Below the pieces are notes generated by a model that searched no databases, was not told the DNA's origin, and saw nothing but the letters and a program-made list of their open reading frames with translations. A stretch of DNA of 42,640 nucleotides, from IMG/VR virus record IMGVR_UViG_2886212900_000002, positions 1 to 42,640 of that record; one strand, given 5' to 3'. Within the stretch, counting starts at the first letter, position 1; each line of letters begins with the position of its first letter. Positions 8,014-17,308 of this stretch are shown one piece after another. The position numbers and the translations under genes were made by a program. This DNA is from a virus.

Positions 8014-10008
8014 CTATTTAACCGCTGGCTTGTACTCCAACGTTATATCTGCGTTTGCTGGGTCAGGAGTGAAGTGCATCTCTTGGCTAACATCACCTTC
8101 AATTGAAGGGAAGGTAGATAGCCATGACACATACTTATCGACATTTCTACCAGCCACGGTAACCGCGTTATCAGCGGAATCTATGATAATTTCTTCACCG
8201 GCGTGGGCAATTACATGGGGAATGTCATCGGGGTCATCTGATCCATCAGAAGTGTATATTTTGAGGTCGGTTAGCGTTTCAAAGTCAGAATAATATCCAA
8301 CTGGTGGTTTAACTAAATCTTCTTTGATATCGTGTTTCATGAAGGTGGCCGCCACGTTAGCCAGGGCAAAGCCAAACTTGCCCGACTTATCTAATTTCTC
8401 CTTGTGAATGTGGACTTTTCCCTCAGTATTAACTGAGTATGCTACCCCAGTCTTAGGATTGAACTCGTTAATCTCAGCTACCCAGTTGTCATAAACCTTG
8501 CCACCAATGGTCTTCTTTTGACGTTCTAAGGAGAACTCGCCAAAGAAGTTAGAATAAGCGTCAGAGTTCATGTACGTGGTCTCCATTACATAAGTCTTAA
8601 TGGTTTTTGACTTGGTCCTAACCCTTGGTTTAGACACCCTGGTAGATTTACGCTTACCACCAGATTTTCTCTTGGTGACCTTCTTAGTTGCCTTCTTTTT
8701 CCTTCTCCTTCTCCTAGTTTTCTTCCTAGCAGCGGACTTGAAGGCTTCCCGTTGAAGGGTAGCTTGATACAGTCTGGCTGATTTAGCTTTGGACTTAGCT
8801 TTGGACTTAATCTTAACCTTTACCGTCTTAGTTAAATGAACCCTTACATCATGATGATTTTGTCCTTTAACTTTACGGCCACCCTCGTTGTACAAAAGGG
8901 TGAGGTACTTGCCTTTATCTGTGGTGGCATTAAATGAACTCCCCAGTTGAATGTAACCACGGGGGTACCGGCCTTGTGCATAATCAGTAATACCCATTCG
9001 TCCACATACATTGCCATTAGAGTCCAGCAGATAGCCTTCAACTTTTCCCATGGCCCGTTCATTTTCCATCCGCTTGATATGATGGAACCGCATAGATACT
9101 TTCCAATAATTACTAATCTTGGGGATACCTTGGTGAATAATAACGGGACCGTAGAAGTCCTTGTGCTTGCCAGTTGTACCCCAGTTGTAATGGCCTTTAC
9201 TATCCTTGGCGACCATTAATGCTGAGGCTGTAGCGGTTGCTTTACCATCATTTTCTCCGCGGTATACCTTAATTTCTTGGGTATCCTGACCAGCTTGAAA
9301 CCATGTGCTCATTGAGTTACAAGGATCGTGTACCTGCAATTCTTGGTGAGGCGTTAAGCTAGTTACATGACCGTTAGCATCGGTAACCGTTGAACCATCG
9401 TCAACATGGTACCCAACGGCCACATACTGGTCTCCCAAGGTGTAACCAAAGTAGTACAGGTCAGTTTTGGGAATGATATGAATTACCGGTTGAACAGCAG
9501 TGTTACCAGCTGGACTGATAACCTGCTCATTACTGGTAATCTTAATGTCCCGTTGAGGCAAGAATCCTCGTGGGTCAGCCAGCATGAAGGTTAGTGTAGT
9601 TGTACAGTCTTGTACCCCTTCGTTGATGAAGGTTGGGGTAGGAATGGCTGTAAAGTGACCATAATAGACAACCTCTGGCTGGTCATTGAACCGTAACGGG
9701 TACTGAGTGTCAGCATCATCATGCGTGTTAATTAAAGCCTTGGACAGATTGGTAATAATCCGGTTGTAATCGTCTCTATCAGTGGGGAACAGTGTAATCG
9801 GAATATCTATCTGCTTTTCCCCATAAGAATTACCTAAAAAAACGCCCCCATATCTACCGGGAACGTCTTGGAAGGATTCGGTTATCGTTGGGGCAATCGG
9901 CTTTGATACGTGGTTAACTAATACTTCCAAATCTTCTTCAGAATTGAAACCACCGGTTCCGTTCTCATCGAAGGCATAATCGAAAGTGTTAACATCATTA
10001 AATGCCAT
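8014..10008 (-). CDS. Distal tail protein (Dit), enlarged, with an internal polybasic insertion
   Basis: 664 aa immediately after the tape measure gene. Sipho_tail-like N-terminus. Residues about 393-472 are roughly half Lys/Arg (KVKIKSKAKSKAKS...RKKTRRRRRKKKATKKVTKRKSGGKRKSTRVSKPRVRTKSK). Confidence 0.65.
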   Translation of the reverse strand: MAFNDVNTFDYAFDENGTGGFNSEEDLEVLVNHVSKPIAPTITESFQDVPGRYGGVFLGNSYGEKQIDIPITLFPTDRDDYNRIITNLSKALINTHDDADTQYPLRFNDQPEVVYYGHFTAIPTPTFINEGVQDCTTTLTFMLADPRGFLPQRDIKITSNEQVISPAGNTAVQPVIHIIPKTDLYYFGYTLGDQYVAVGYHVDDGSTVTDANGHVTSLTPHQELQVHDPCNSMSTWFQAGQDTQEIKVYRGENDGKATATASALMVAKDSKGHYNWGTTGKHKDFYGPVIIHQGIPKISNYWKVSMRFHHIKRMENERAMGKVEGYLLDSNGNVCGRMGITDYAQGRYPRGYIQLGSSFNATTDKGKYLTLLYNEGGRKVKGQNHHDVRVHLTKTVKVKIKSKAKSKAKSARLYQATLQREAFKSAARKKTRRRRRKKKATKKVTKRKSGGKRKSTRVSKPRVRTKSKTIKTYVMETTYMNSDAYSNFFGEFSLERQKKTIGGKVYDNWVAEINEFNPKTGVAYSVNTEGKVHIHKEKLDKSGKFGFALANVAATFMKHDIKEDLVKPPVGYYSDFETLTDLKIYTSDGSDDPDDIPHVIAHAGEEIIIDSADNAVTVAGRNVDKYVSWLSTFPSIEGDVSQEMHFTPDPANADITLEYKPAVK

Positions 10009-13000
10009 TATTGATATAACCCCTTCCTAGATTTTTACTTACATCTTTTTTTGTTTTTACTCGGTTATAGCCACTGTAAATAGCGTTATCAGATACGACA
10101 GCGGGTACTGGATTCTGCTGACCAGAGATTAATTCAGCCATCAATCCGATAATCTCTTTTCCTTGCTTAATAAGTTCAGATAAATCAGTTGATTGAGTTG
10201 CTTGGTTAGTGGATTGTTGTGGCTTATCCGTCTTAGCAAACTCTTTCATGGTGGTGTCCATAATCTGGTATGCTCGGGCACGTTTAGTAATATCCCAAGG
10301 CACGATTGACTCAGTCTTATTGCCTTCTGAGAGATGTGCCAGTTGGGCAACCTTTGAGATACCACCATCAGCGTACCAACCGATATTCTTCTCGTGGTTA
10401 TACGCTTGTTGAATTGAGTGATAATTGCCATCATTGACGTACCATTTCATCCATTTAAGCTGGGTGATTGGATTAGTCCTCCAGTCTGAACCAGACCGGG
10501 CCATCTTAGAAGCTGGCAATGCTTGTGGTAATCCATAAGCACCACTACCAGAGTTAGTAGCTTTAGGGTTCCAGCCTGATTCCTTGGTAATGATGTAATT
10601 GTACATACCATAATCAGAGGTTGGGATACCAGCCTGTTTCAACCAGTGCATGTGGTCACCAGAAGGCTTAGCAGAACTCCCGGTAGTTGAGGAATTGTCC
10701 CCAAACATATCAGCAAGCTTGGACATAAACTTGAAGAAGCCTGAACCAACTTGGGACTTAATTCCCTTAGTATTGCCAGTACCTTTCTTTGAGGAGTCGT
10801 CACCCTTGCCACCATTCAATTGAGCAATCCGCCGTAATCCGGCAAATCCACCCATGAATCCTTTGATTGGTGCCGACTTGATTCCATCTGTGGGGTTCTC
10901 GGCATTCCACATCCGTCCAGCACCATTAGTAGAAGTGACAACGCCTACGTGGCCACTACCACCGGCACCCCAAAAGGCTAGGTCACCGGGAACAGCTTTA
11001 CCCCAGCTTACTGAATGGGTTGAATTGTACTCTGGAACAGTTGTGGAACCAGATAGGGTAACCCCAATGTGCTTAAGGGCTTCATATACCAATCCGGAAC
11101 AGTCATAATAGTTGGGCCCTAAGCGTCCTTTGGTTTCTGAGTACTTGTAATTAGCCCGTTTAGAAAGCTTCATGGCTTCTTCAATAAACTTTTTACGGGT
11201 ACCAGATCCAGTTGCCCCACCGTCTCCATCTAAATCAACCATTGACCAGAGGGAACTCCACCAGTTACCAGCTTGCTTCTTGACGTTATTGAACATACCT
11301 TTGGTGATATCAGCAACAACGCCAGCACCAGCCTTAGTGTAATTGAACATTGAGTCCAGACTCTTAATTGGGTGAGCAATAATCTTTTCAGCAGTCGTGA
11401 AAAACTTCTTCAATCCAGCTGTTTTTTTGACTAACCAGCCAGATACATCTCCGATGCCTGAGCCAATACCACTCATAATATTTCCGAACCAATTACCGCT
11501 ACCTTTGGCAAAGTGGGTAATCCCTTGCATACCCATAAATAGCTTGGTCTCAGAGGCGTTCAGAACCTCTGTACCAGCTGGTAACATGGCCTTGGTATTT
11601 CTACCCTGCACAATGCCGGATTGCCCGTTAGGCAAGAATACAGCCTCTTTATTACCCGTCTCAGGGGAATCATTGCCATCATTTAGTACCGCCATGGTAG
11701 GCTTAGTGATTGCCTTACGGGTACCCGAGAAGGCACCAGTACCAGTAGCAAAGTGTACATGACCAATATCCCCAATGGCTTTCTTTTTACCACCAAAGGT
11801 ATGAATAACACCGTCAACCAGATTGATACCTGAATTAATGATGTTAATCATATCGTTCATGCCATCCTTAGCTAGACCCTTTAAGTCTTTCCACAATCCT
11901 GAGAAGATACTCTTAACGCCAGATACTAGGCTGGTCCATCCATTTTTAAAACTCTTCTTGAATGCCCCTAACCAAGTGCCCATTGAAATTCCAAATACTT
12001 TTGTGTGCTTCAAATCCTTGTTCCAGTATGAATGGAGCTTGGACCGCATGTTATTCCAATGGTTAGTCCATGAGTTTGCAAAACTCTTCTTGAAACTGTT
12101 GAAGTGGCTTCCCATTGAGCCAAAGAATGACTTGGTATTGTGAACCGAGGTATTCCAAGAATGTTTCAGGCTGGTACCAACTGCTGACCAGTGCTTATCC
12201 CAAGACTTTTTGAAGCTAGACTTAAACTTGTTCCAATTTCTGCTGATTCCATTGATACCATTCTTAACGGATTTACCAATATGGCCAGCCCATTTACCGA
12301 TTGATTTACCAAGGTGGACAACGGATTTTACCGTCTTATTTACCCATTCACGGAACGGCTTGATGTGCTTGTACGCTTCATAAAATCCCGCAGCCAAAGC
12401 CCCAATAGCAACAACTGCAATACCAATTGGATTAGCATCCAAGGCTACATTGAACAACCATTGAGCGGATGTAACAAGCTTTTGAACGACCACCAAATTT
12501 TTAATTACTCCGATAGCCTCAGTAGTTGCGGCAATGAATCGAGCAATCTTCGAAACGGCTAAAACACTACCAAAGGCAACGGCAAAGGCAGCGATTGTTT
12601 TGGTGTGTTTGGAAGCAAACTCGATAATCTTAAGGAATCCACTAGCAAGTTTAGCTACGCCGCCAATTAACCAAGTGAGACCTTTCTGAGTATCCTTGTT
12701 GTTGAAGGCCTTAGTCATATCTTGAGTCGCTCTAGTAATAACAGGCAATAACTTGGTACCCATCATAATTTCTAGCTGTTGACCAGCCATTTTGAATCGC
12801 TCTACGTTCATCTTGGCGTTATCTGAGTTTCGTTTAGCTAATGTCTCAACGTATTTTCCTTTTTCTCCAGCTTTGGTAACATCATCTGTTAACTTTTTTA
12901 GTGACCCATCATACTTAGCTAACGTTTGGGCAGCTTGCATACCGGTTTGGCCGAAAATTCGCTTAAAGACATCTGCTTTATCAGCACCACCAAGCTTCTT

Positions 13001-14512
13001 GGTATGGTCTTCGATAATTTTGAAGATTGCTGGCAGAGACTTGAAGTTTCCTTTTGCATCTTGGAAAACTTTGGTAGACTTAATGCCAATTTCTTTCAAA
13101 GCGCCCATAGCTGCATTCGTTGGGGAAGCCAAGCTAGTAATTGTCTTACGTAGACCAGTGCCTGCCTTATCAGCTTCCATACCGTGATTAGACAACTCCC
13201 CCATTGCTGCAGAAGTCTGCTCAATTGAGAAGCCGGCATTTTTAGCCGTGTCCCCAACGTATTCCATACCTTTACCTAAGCTATGAAAGTCAGTAGCGGT
13301 AACGTCTGAAGCATACGCCAGATCATTAACGACCCGTTTTGTATTCTTCATCATTTTAGCCGTGTTATTGGTCTTCATGCCGAAGGCTTCAATCGCCTGT
13401 GAAGAAACCTTAATGACATCTTTAAAGTCGTCTCCGGAAGCCACGGAAGCTTGTAATTCTGACTTCATAACGGCGATAGCTTCGGCACCAGTATGACCAC
13501 GCTTAATTAAGTCTTGATATTGCTCTGCGATTTCTTGCTGTGCTACCCCATACTTAACAGAATACTTGGCGCCATCTCGTTGCATCTTAGAAACTTGAGA
13601 AATAGCCTGACGTGCTTTCTCACCAGAAGTAACTAACAAATTTTGATTGACCTGGTACACCTTGTTTAAATTTGTGGCCTTTTTGGCACCAGCAATCGTC
13701 GCAGCACCCAAACTAGTCAAACCGGCTGCGGCCGTAATTGCGGCGCCTTTAAATGCTTGACCAATATTCGCAATCCTGTGTCTAGCTTTGGCCGCCCCAT
13801 CTGACAGCTTAGCCATACTACTACTCATGGTGCCATACTTACCGGCTAATCGGCCGATCTCAGTTTTCTGTTTAGCCATTGAGGCAGTTGTTTGATTAAC
13901 CCGAACAAGTTGCTTATTGTAGGCTTCACTGGCCCCACCAGAACTAGTCTTAAGCTTGGCTAACTCATTTTGCTGGATTTTCAACTGATCCGAAAGATTA
14001 CGGTAGGACTCCCGTAGACCGTTAAGCTTAGCCCTACCAGCTTGGGCTTTATTTCCTTGATTCTCTAAAGCTTCTGCATAAGACTTGGAGACTGACGTGA
14101 TTGACTTGTACCGTTCTTGCAAGTCAGCCAAGCCAGATTGATAATAGTCTACTGATTTTTTGGCACGGCCTTGTTGGGCAGTTAAGGACGCCATCTTATT
14201 CTCAGCATTAGCTAAATCCTTAGAAAGCCGAGCATAGTTATCACTGCCTTTAGTCGTTGAAGTATCAAGGCTTGCTTGACGCTCTTTCAACTTATCAATT
14301 TTGGCTTGTAAAGCTTGCATGGTCTTTCCAAGACCTTCATATTTAGCTTGTGCTGCACCCAAGCTATCCTTTGCAGACTTCAAACTAATCTCATTAGCTT
14401 TCCATTCATTAGTGGTTGCTTTAATAGCGTTGTTCAGAGTTTTCAGACTAGAGGCCGCTGAGACGGTATCTAGCTTAACTTCGGTTGCCATTGTGTTCGA
14501 TACTTTTGCCAT
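9998..14512 (-). CDS. Tape measure protein with C-terminal NlpC/P60-like and lytic-transglycosylase-like domains
   Basis: 1504 aa, coiled-coil N-terminus, hydrophobic central segments, W/F-periodic repeats. NYYDCSGLVYEALKHIG...GHVGVV (NlpC/P60 Cys/His). ITKESGWNPKATNSGSGAYGLPQALP...AYNHEKNIGWY (E-S / GLxQ / AYN SLT-like motifs). Confidence 0.85.
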   Translation of the reverse strand: MAKVSNTMATEVKLDTVSAASSLKTLNNAIKATTNEWKANEISLKSAKDSLGAAQAKYEGLGKTMQALQAKIDKLKERQASLDTSTTKGSDNYARLSKDLANAENKMASLTAQQGRAKKSVDYYQSGLADLQERYKSITSVSKSYAEALENQGNKAQAGRAKLNGLRESYRNLSDQLKIQQNELAKLKTSSGGASEAYNKQLVRVNQTTASMAKQKTEIGRLAGKYGTMSSSMAKLSDGAAKARHRIANIGQAFKGAAITAAAGLTSLGAATIAGAKKATNLNKVYQVNQNLLVTSGEKARQAISQVSKMQRDGAKYSVKYGVAQQEIAEQYQDLIKRGHTGAEAIAVMKSELQASVASGDDFKDVIKVSSQAIEAFGMKTNNTAKMMKNTKRVVNDLAYASDVTATDFHSLGKGMEYVGDTAKNAGFSIEQTSAAMGELSNHGMEADKAGTGLRKTITSLASPTNAAMGALKEIGIKSTKVFQDAKGNFKSLPAIFKIIEDHTKKLGGADKADVFKRIFGQTGMQAAQTLAKYDGSLKKLTDDVTKAGEKGKYVETLAKRNSDNAKMNVERFKMAGQQLEIMMGTKLLPVITRATQDMTKAFNNKDTQKGLTWLIGGVAKLASGFLKIIEFASKHTKTIAAFAVAFGSVLAVSKIARFIAATTEAIGVIKNLVVVQKLVTSAQWLFNVALDANPIGIAVVAIGALAAGFYEAYKHIKPFREWVNKTVKSVVHLGKSIGKWAGHIGKSVKNGINGISRNWNKFKSSFKKSWDKHWSAVGTSLKHSWNTSVHNTKSFFGSMGSHFNSFKKSFANSWTNHWNNMRSKLHSYWNKDLKHTKVFGISMGTWLGAFKKSFKNGWTSLVSGVKSIFSGLWKDLKGLAKDGMNDMINIINSGINLVDGVIHTFGGKKKAIGDIGHVHFATGTGAFSGTRKAITKPTMAVLNDGNDSPETGNKEAVFLPNGQSGIVQGRNTKAMLPAGTEVLNASETKLFMGMQGITHFAKGSGNWFGNIMSGIGSGIGDVSGWLVKKTAGLKKFFTTAEKIIAHPIKSLDSMFNYTKAGAGVVADITKGMFNNVKKQAGNWWSSLWSMVDLDGDGGATGSGTRKKFIEEAMKLSKRANYKYSETKGRLGPNYYDCSGLVYEALKHIGVTLSGSTTVPEYNSTHSVSWGKAVPGDLAFWGAGGSGHVGVVTSTNGAGRMWNAENPTDGIKSAPIKGFMGGFAGLRRIAQLNGGKGDDSSKKGTGNTKGIKSQVGSGFFKFMSKLADMFGDNSSTTGSSAKPSGDHMHWLKQAGIPTSDYGMYNYIITKESGWNPKATNSGSGAYGLPQALPASKMARSGSDWRTNPITQLKWMKWYVNDGNYHSIQQAYNHEKNIGWYADGGISKVAQLAHLSEGNKTESIVPWDITKRARAYQIMDTTMKEFAKTDKPQQSTNQATQSTDLSELIKQGKEIIGLMAELISGQQNPVPAVVSDNAIYSGYNRVKTKKDVSKNLGRGYINNGI

Positions 14513-14515
14513 TTA

Positions 14516-14731
14516 TTAATTGCCTCCTCTTAGTCTATTTACCATTGCCATAGGGTCTTCAGCACGTTTATCTTTAGGCTTTGCTTGGTTAATTCTGATC
14601 AGTTCGTAATAGTCTTCTCCGTCCAATTGAGATGGCAGTACCCCAGAATTAGCCATCATCTGTTGCTTAAAGTAGGCTTGGTCTTCTTGGGCATCTTCTA
14701 AGTCATGAATTAGAACGTTGAGGCGACCCAT
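14516..14731 (-). CDS. Tail assembly chaperone, T-part (expressed as a G-T fusion by -1 frameshift)
   Basis: 71-aa ORF in the -1 frame relative to the upstream chaperone ORF, entered at the slippery A_AAA_AAG. Lies directly upstream of the tape measure gene. Confidence 0.6.
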   Translation of the reverse strand: MGRLNVLIHDLEDAQEDQAYFKQQMMANSGVLPSQLDGEDYYELIRINQAKPKDKRAEDPMAMVNRLRGGN

Positions 14732-15102
14732 TACTTTTTTGGGTCTTCTTCTTCCTCATTTTCCTTGAGTGTTTCTTGCCATTGTTCATCAGACAATCCT
14801 TGAATTCGTGACAACACATAGCTGATAAAATCGGATAATTCTTCCATCGTTACGGCATTCATTACCGTGTCTAATTCTTTTTCTGACAGCTTTAAAACAG
14901 CTTGAAGGAAGCTAGTCATGGCTGTAACCGCCTTTTGAGACTGTTCCATAACTGTTAATGGGTCAGCATCTGAATCTAGTTGCATCTTGTCCATCTTCAA
15001 CATCAAAATTTGAAGATTAGTGGCTTCATTGACAACCTTTACCGTGGTTTTTACTTCTGCTGATTTTTTCCTCAAGCCTAGTTTGCTGATATTAATTTTC
15101 AT
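14731..15102 (-). CDS. Tail assembly chaperone (gpG-like)
   Basis: 123 aa, acidic, between the major tail and tape measure genes. Ends ...EEEDPKK* with the slippery heptamer at its last codons. Confidence 0.7.
   Translation of the reverse strand: MKINISKLGLRKKSAEVKTTVKVVNEATNLQILMLKMDKMQLDSDADPLTVMEQSQKAVTAMTSFLQAVLKLSEKELDTVMNAVTMEELSDFISYVLSRIQGLSDEQWQETLKENEEEEDPKK
14734..14740 (-). promoter_or_regulatory. Programmed -1 ribosomal frameshift slippery heptamer A_AAA_AAG
   Basis: The minus strand reads GAC CCA AAA AAG TAA TGG GTC. A -1 slip gives ...DPKK-VMGRLNVLIHD..., joining the two chaperone ORFs. Confidence 0.7.
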
Positions 15103-15149
15103 TTATTTTTCCTTCTTATTTTTTATTTTGCCAAAGGTAATGGCTATGT

Positions 15150-15174
15150 AAAAAGCCACCCCATAAGGAGTGAC
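15150..15174 (-). terminator. Rho-independent terminator/attenuator after the major tail gene
   Basis: The minus strand reads GTCACTCC-TTAT-GGGGTGGC followed by TTTTT. Confidence 0.55.
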
Positions 15175-15207
15175 TTAGAATGGTTCTATGATTTTACTGT
15201 TGTTGGG

Positions 15208-15822
15208 TTACTTGGCTGGGGTACTACTCGCTGTGTATCCACCGAATACTTCGCTCATCATAGCTGCTTTGTCGAATTCTGTGTCAGCGCTTGTCCAGAT
15301 CTTGTATGGTTGACCGTCAAAGGTATCAGCCTTCAGTGGGTCCAATCCTTGGTAAGTCAATGTGGTATTAGCATCGGTTTCAGCATTGTTATCCGTACCG
15401 TGGTTCATACCAGCTTCAATTAGTTGGCCGTTGGCAAAACCTTCATAAATATCCACACCACCATACGACCGGGAATGTACTAACATTGCAACGTGAGGCT
15501 TAGGTAGTTGACGTGTCCAGCCACCTTTGCCATCGTTAACGAATCCCTTTAACTTCTGCAAAATATCAAAGTTAATATCCAAGAATTCGAGGGCGACTTG
15601 GGGTTCCATTGAACCGTTTGATACCCGCTTAGGGCCGTCATTGGCATAACCGATTGTACCAGCAGCTTCCAGCCCGGTTACGTTAGCTTGAGTAGCACCT
15701 TCTGCGTCTCCATCTACCAAGTAGATACCAGTGGCAGAAATACCTTTTGTAGCATCTGTAATAATGGCACCTGTTGAATCAATTAAACCAAAGGTGACAT
15801 CTTTAACACCATGTGTACTCAT
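15208..15822 (-). CDS. Major tail protein
   Basis: 204 aa, located between the tail completion proteins and the chaperones, followed by a terminator. phi13-family-like composition. Confidence 0.7.
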   Translation of the reverse strand: MSTHGVKDVTFGLIDSTGAIITDATKGISATGIYLVDGDAEGATQANVTGLEAAGTIGYANDGPKRVSNGSMEPQVALEFLDINFDILQKLKGFVNDGKGGWTRQLPKPHVAMLVHSRSYGGVDIYEGFANGQLIEAGMNHGTDNNAETDANTTLTYQGLDPLKADTFDGQPYKIWTSADTEFDKAAMMSEVFGGYTASSTPAK

Positions 15823-15825
15823 TGA

Positions 15826-16224
15826 TTAATTACCTCTTTTTATTTTTATATTTTTAAATACAGAAAATGCGGCTGTGACTTGTTCAGTGTCTGGATCAAC
15901 TACGTTAGGGTAGCGAGTAGCGATAATCCACCCATTATCATCAAGCAAGTTCATCAGTTCCAACTGTGCATCTAGTACATTGATCGAAACTGTTTTAGAA
16001 AAGAAAATCTGCACTTGAATTGACGCGCTAACTTCAGAAAAGGTGTCGTTTTTATATCCAGAAAGTGGCTCAGAAACACTAGTAATTAGCACTAGCGTCT
16101 TTGAACCACTTTTATCAACAACATTCGGTATGTTTTCTGGATATAAATCATCTATCCAGGAGGGTTTATTTGATTTGATAATCTCGTAAACTTGAGTCAC
16201 CGGAAGCTTAATGAGGATCACCAC
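15826..16224 (-). CDS. Tail completion / tail terminator-like protein
   Basis: 132 aa at the conserved position between the HK97 gp10-like protein and the major tail protein. Confidence 0.45.
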   Translation of the reverse strand: MVILIKLPVTQVYEIIKSNKPSWIDDLYPENIPNVVDKSGSKTLVLITSVSEPLSGYKNDTFSEVSASIQVQIFFSKTVSINVLDAQLELMNLLDDNGWIIATRYPNVVDPDTEQVTAAFSVFKNIKIKRGN

Positions 16225-16627
16225 CCGTCAGTTCCTTGTACTTGGCATATTCAGCAGCTAGAACCTTGTCTTTGCTTGACTGAATGGCCGTATCAATGAA
16301 GTGGTCGCCTTTAATATGCACCGTTCCATTATTGAGAAATAACGCTATTCTAGCGTGATTAATCGGATCCTTCTCAAATCCTACCGTTGAATTGCCCGTC
16401 GCATATCCATCTACATCGTGATCGTCAGCAACTACCGCGTCCGCTAAATGCTTAACATGGCTCGTGTTCCGGCCATAACGATAATGTTTAGACTTGGCAG
16501 CCTGAAAATAACTATCCCGTAGTTGATCAGCGCCAGCCTTAGTAATTACTTGTTGCTGTGCTTTATTTGGCACCTTCTTTTTAACTTGTGAAAAGTAATG
16601 CTGTAATTGCTCATCTAAACTAGCCAT
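16208..16627 (-). CDS. HK97 gp10-family head-tail joining protein
   Basis: 139 aa. Position and the N-terminal MASLDEQL...KKVPNKAQQ..ITKAGADQL pattern. Confidence 0.5.
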   Translation of the reverse strand: MASLDEQLQHYFSQVKKKVPNKAQQQVITKAGADQLRDSYFQAAKSKHYRYGRNTSHVKHLADAVVADDHDVDGYATGNSTVGFEKDPINHARIALFLNNGTVHIKGDHFIDTAIQSSKDKVLAAEYAKYKELTGGDPH

Positions 16628-16976
16628 GCTTAGTCACCACCCGATGGCACGTGATTAGGTCAAAGCCCTCGTTTTGTAAGCCGTCATCCGCCGCAATACT
16701 ATCAATCTTGTACAGATCCGATCCACGCTGAACTTGCAGCGTCTCGTTAACGGCCGGATTATGGCGAATAAAAAATACCACCGCATTAGTGATTCCAGCT
16801 CCGGCTATGGTTAATTGCTGTTGCACATTCAACGACCACTGGCCCGCCCAACAACTAAAGTCTGGTGAAAATTGTTGAATTGGCGTGCCAGTATTCGGAT
16901 TAACCTCGCCAGTATCAGCATCATGACCAAAGGCGATGCGGAACGTCATTCGTGAAGGATTAATTGCTTTGACCAT
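16620..16976 (-). CDS. Head closure / head-tail adaptor protein
   Basis: The ORF track starts at 17003, but the ATG at 16976 (MVKAINPSRMTFRI...) follows GGAGG. Conserved position. Confidence 0.55.
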   Translation of the reverse strand: MVKAINPSRMTFRIAFGHDADTGEVNPNTGTPIQQFSPDFSCWAGQWSLNVQQQLTIAGAGITNAVVFFIRHNPAVNETLQVQRGSDLYKIDSIAADDGLQNEGFDLITCHRVVTKHG

Positions 16977-17286
16977 CAGTGATCGCCTCCATTTTAAGAT
17001 CATAGAGCCCTCTCAGTTGCCCAATGATCGAATCAACCGGCAGATTAACACTAATTGCCGTGGTCGGAACTAACGAACTCCGATAGTTATAGTAGGCTGA
17101 GGCCAATGCCAGCACGGCGGTGTTAAATAAATCAACCACACTGGCATCTTCATAGAAACTATCTAATTCTGTGCCGATCGCCTGCTTGATATAACTTTCA
17201 GCCGTATTTAGGTAACCTTTTAGAAGTTCGTCATCAGCATCACCATCTAAGCGTAATGATAATTTCAAATCATCTAGTGTTGGCAT
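16960..17286 (-). CDS. gp6-like head-tail connector protein
   Basis: 108 aa, MPTLDDLKLSLRLDGDADDELLKGYLNTAESYIKQAIG, the hallmark N-terminus of the phage gp6-like connector family. Confidence 0.7.
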   Translation of the reverse strand: MPTLDDLKLSLRLDGDADDELLKGYLNTAESYIKQAIGTELDSFYEDASVVDLFNTAVLALASAYYNYRSSLVPTTAISVNLPVDSIIGQLRGLYDLKMEAITDGQSN

Positions 17287-17308
17287 TTAGCACTCTCCTT
17301 ACTAATTA

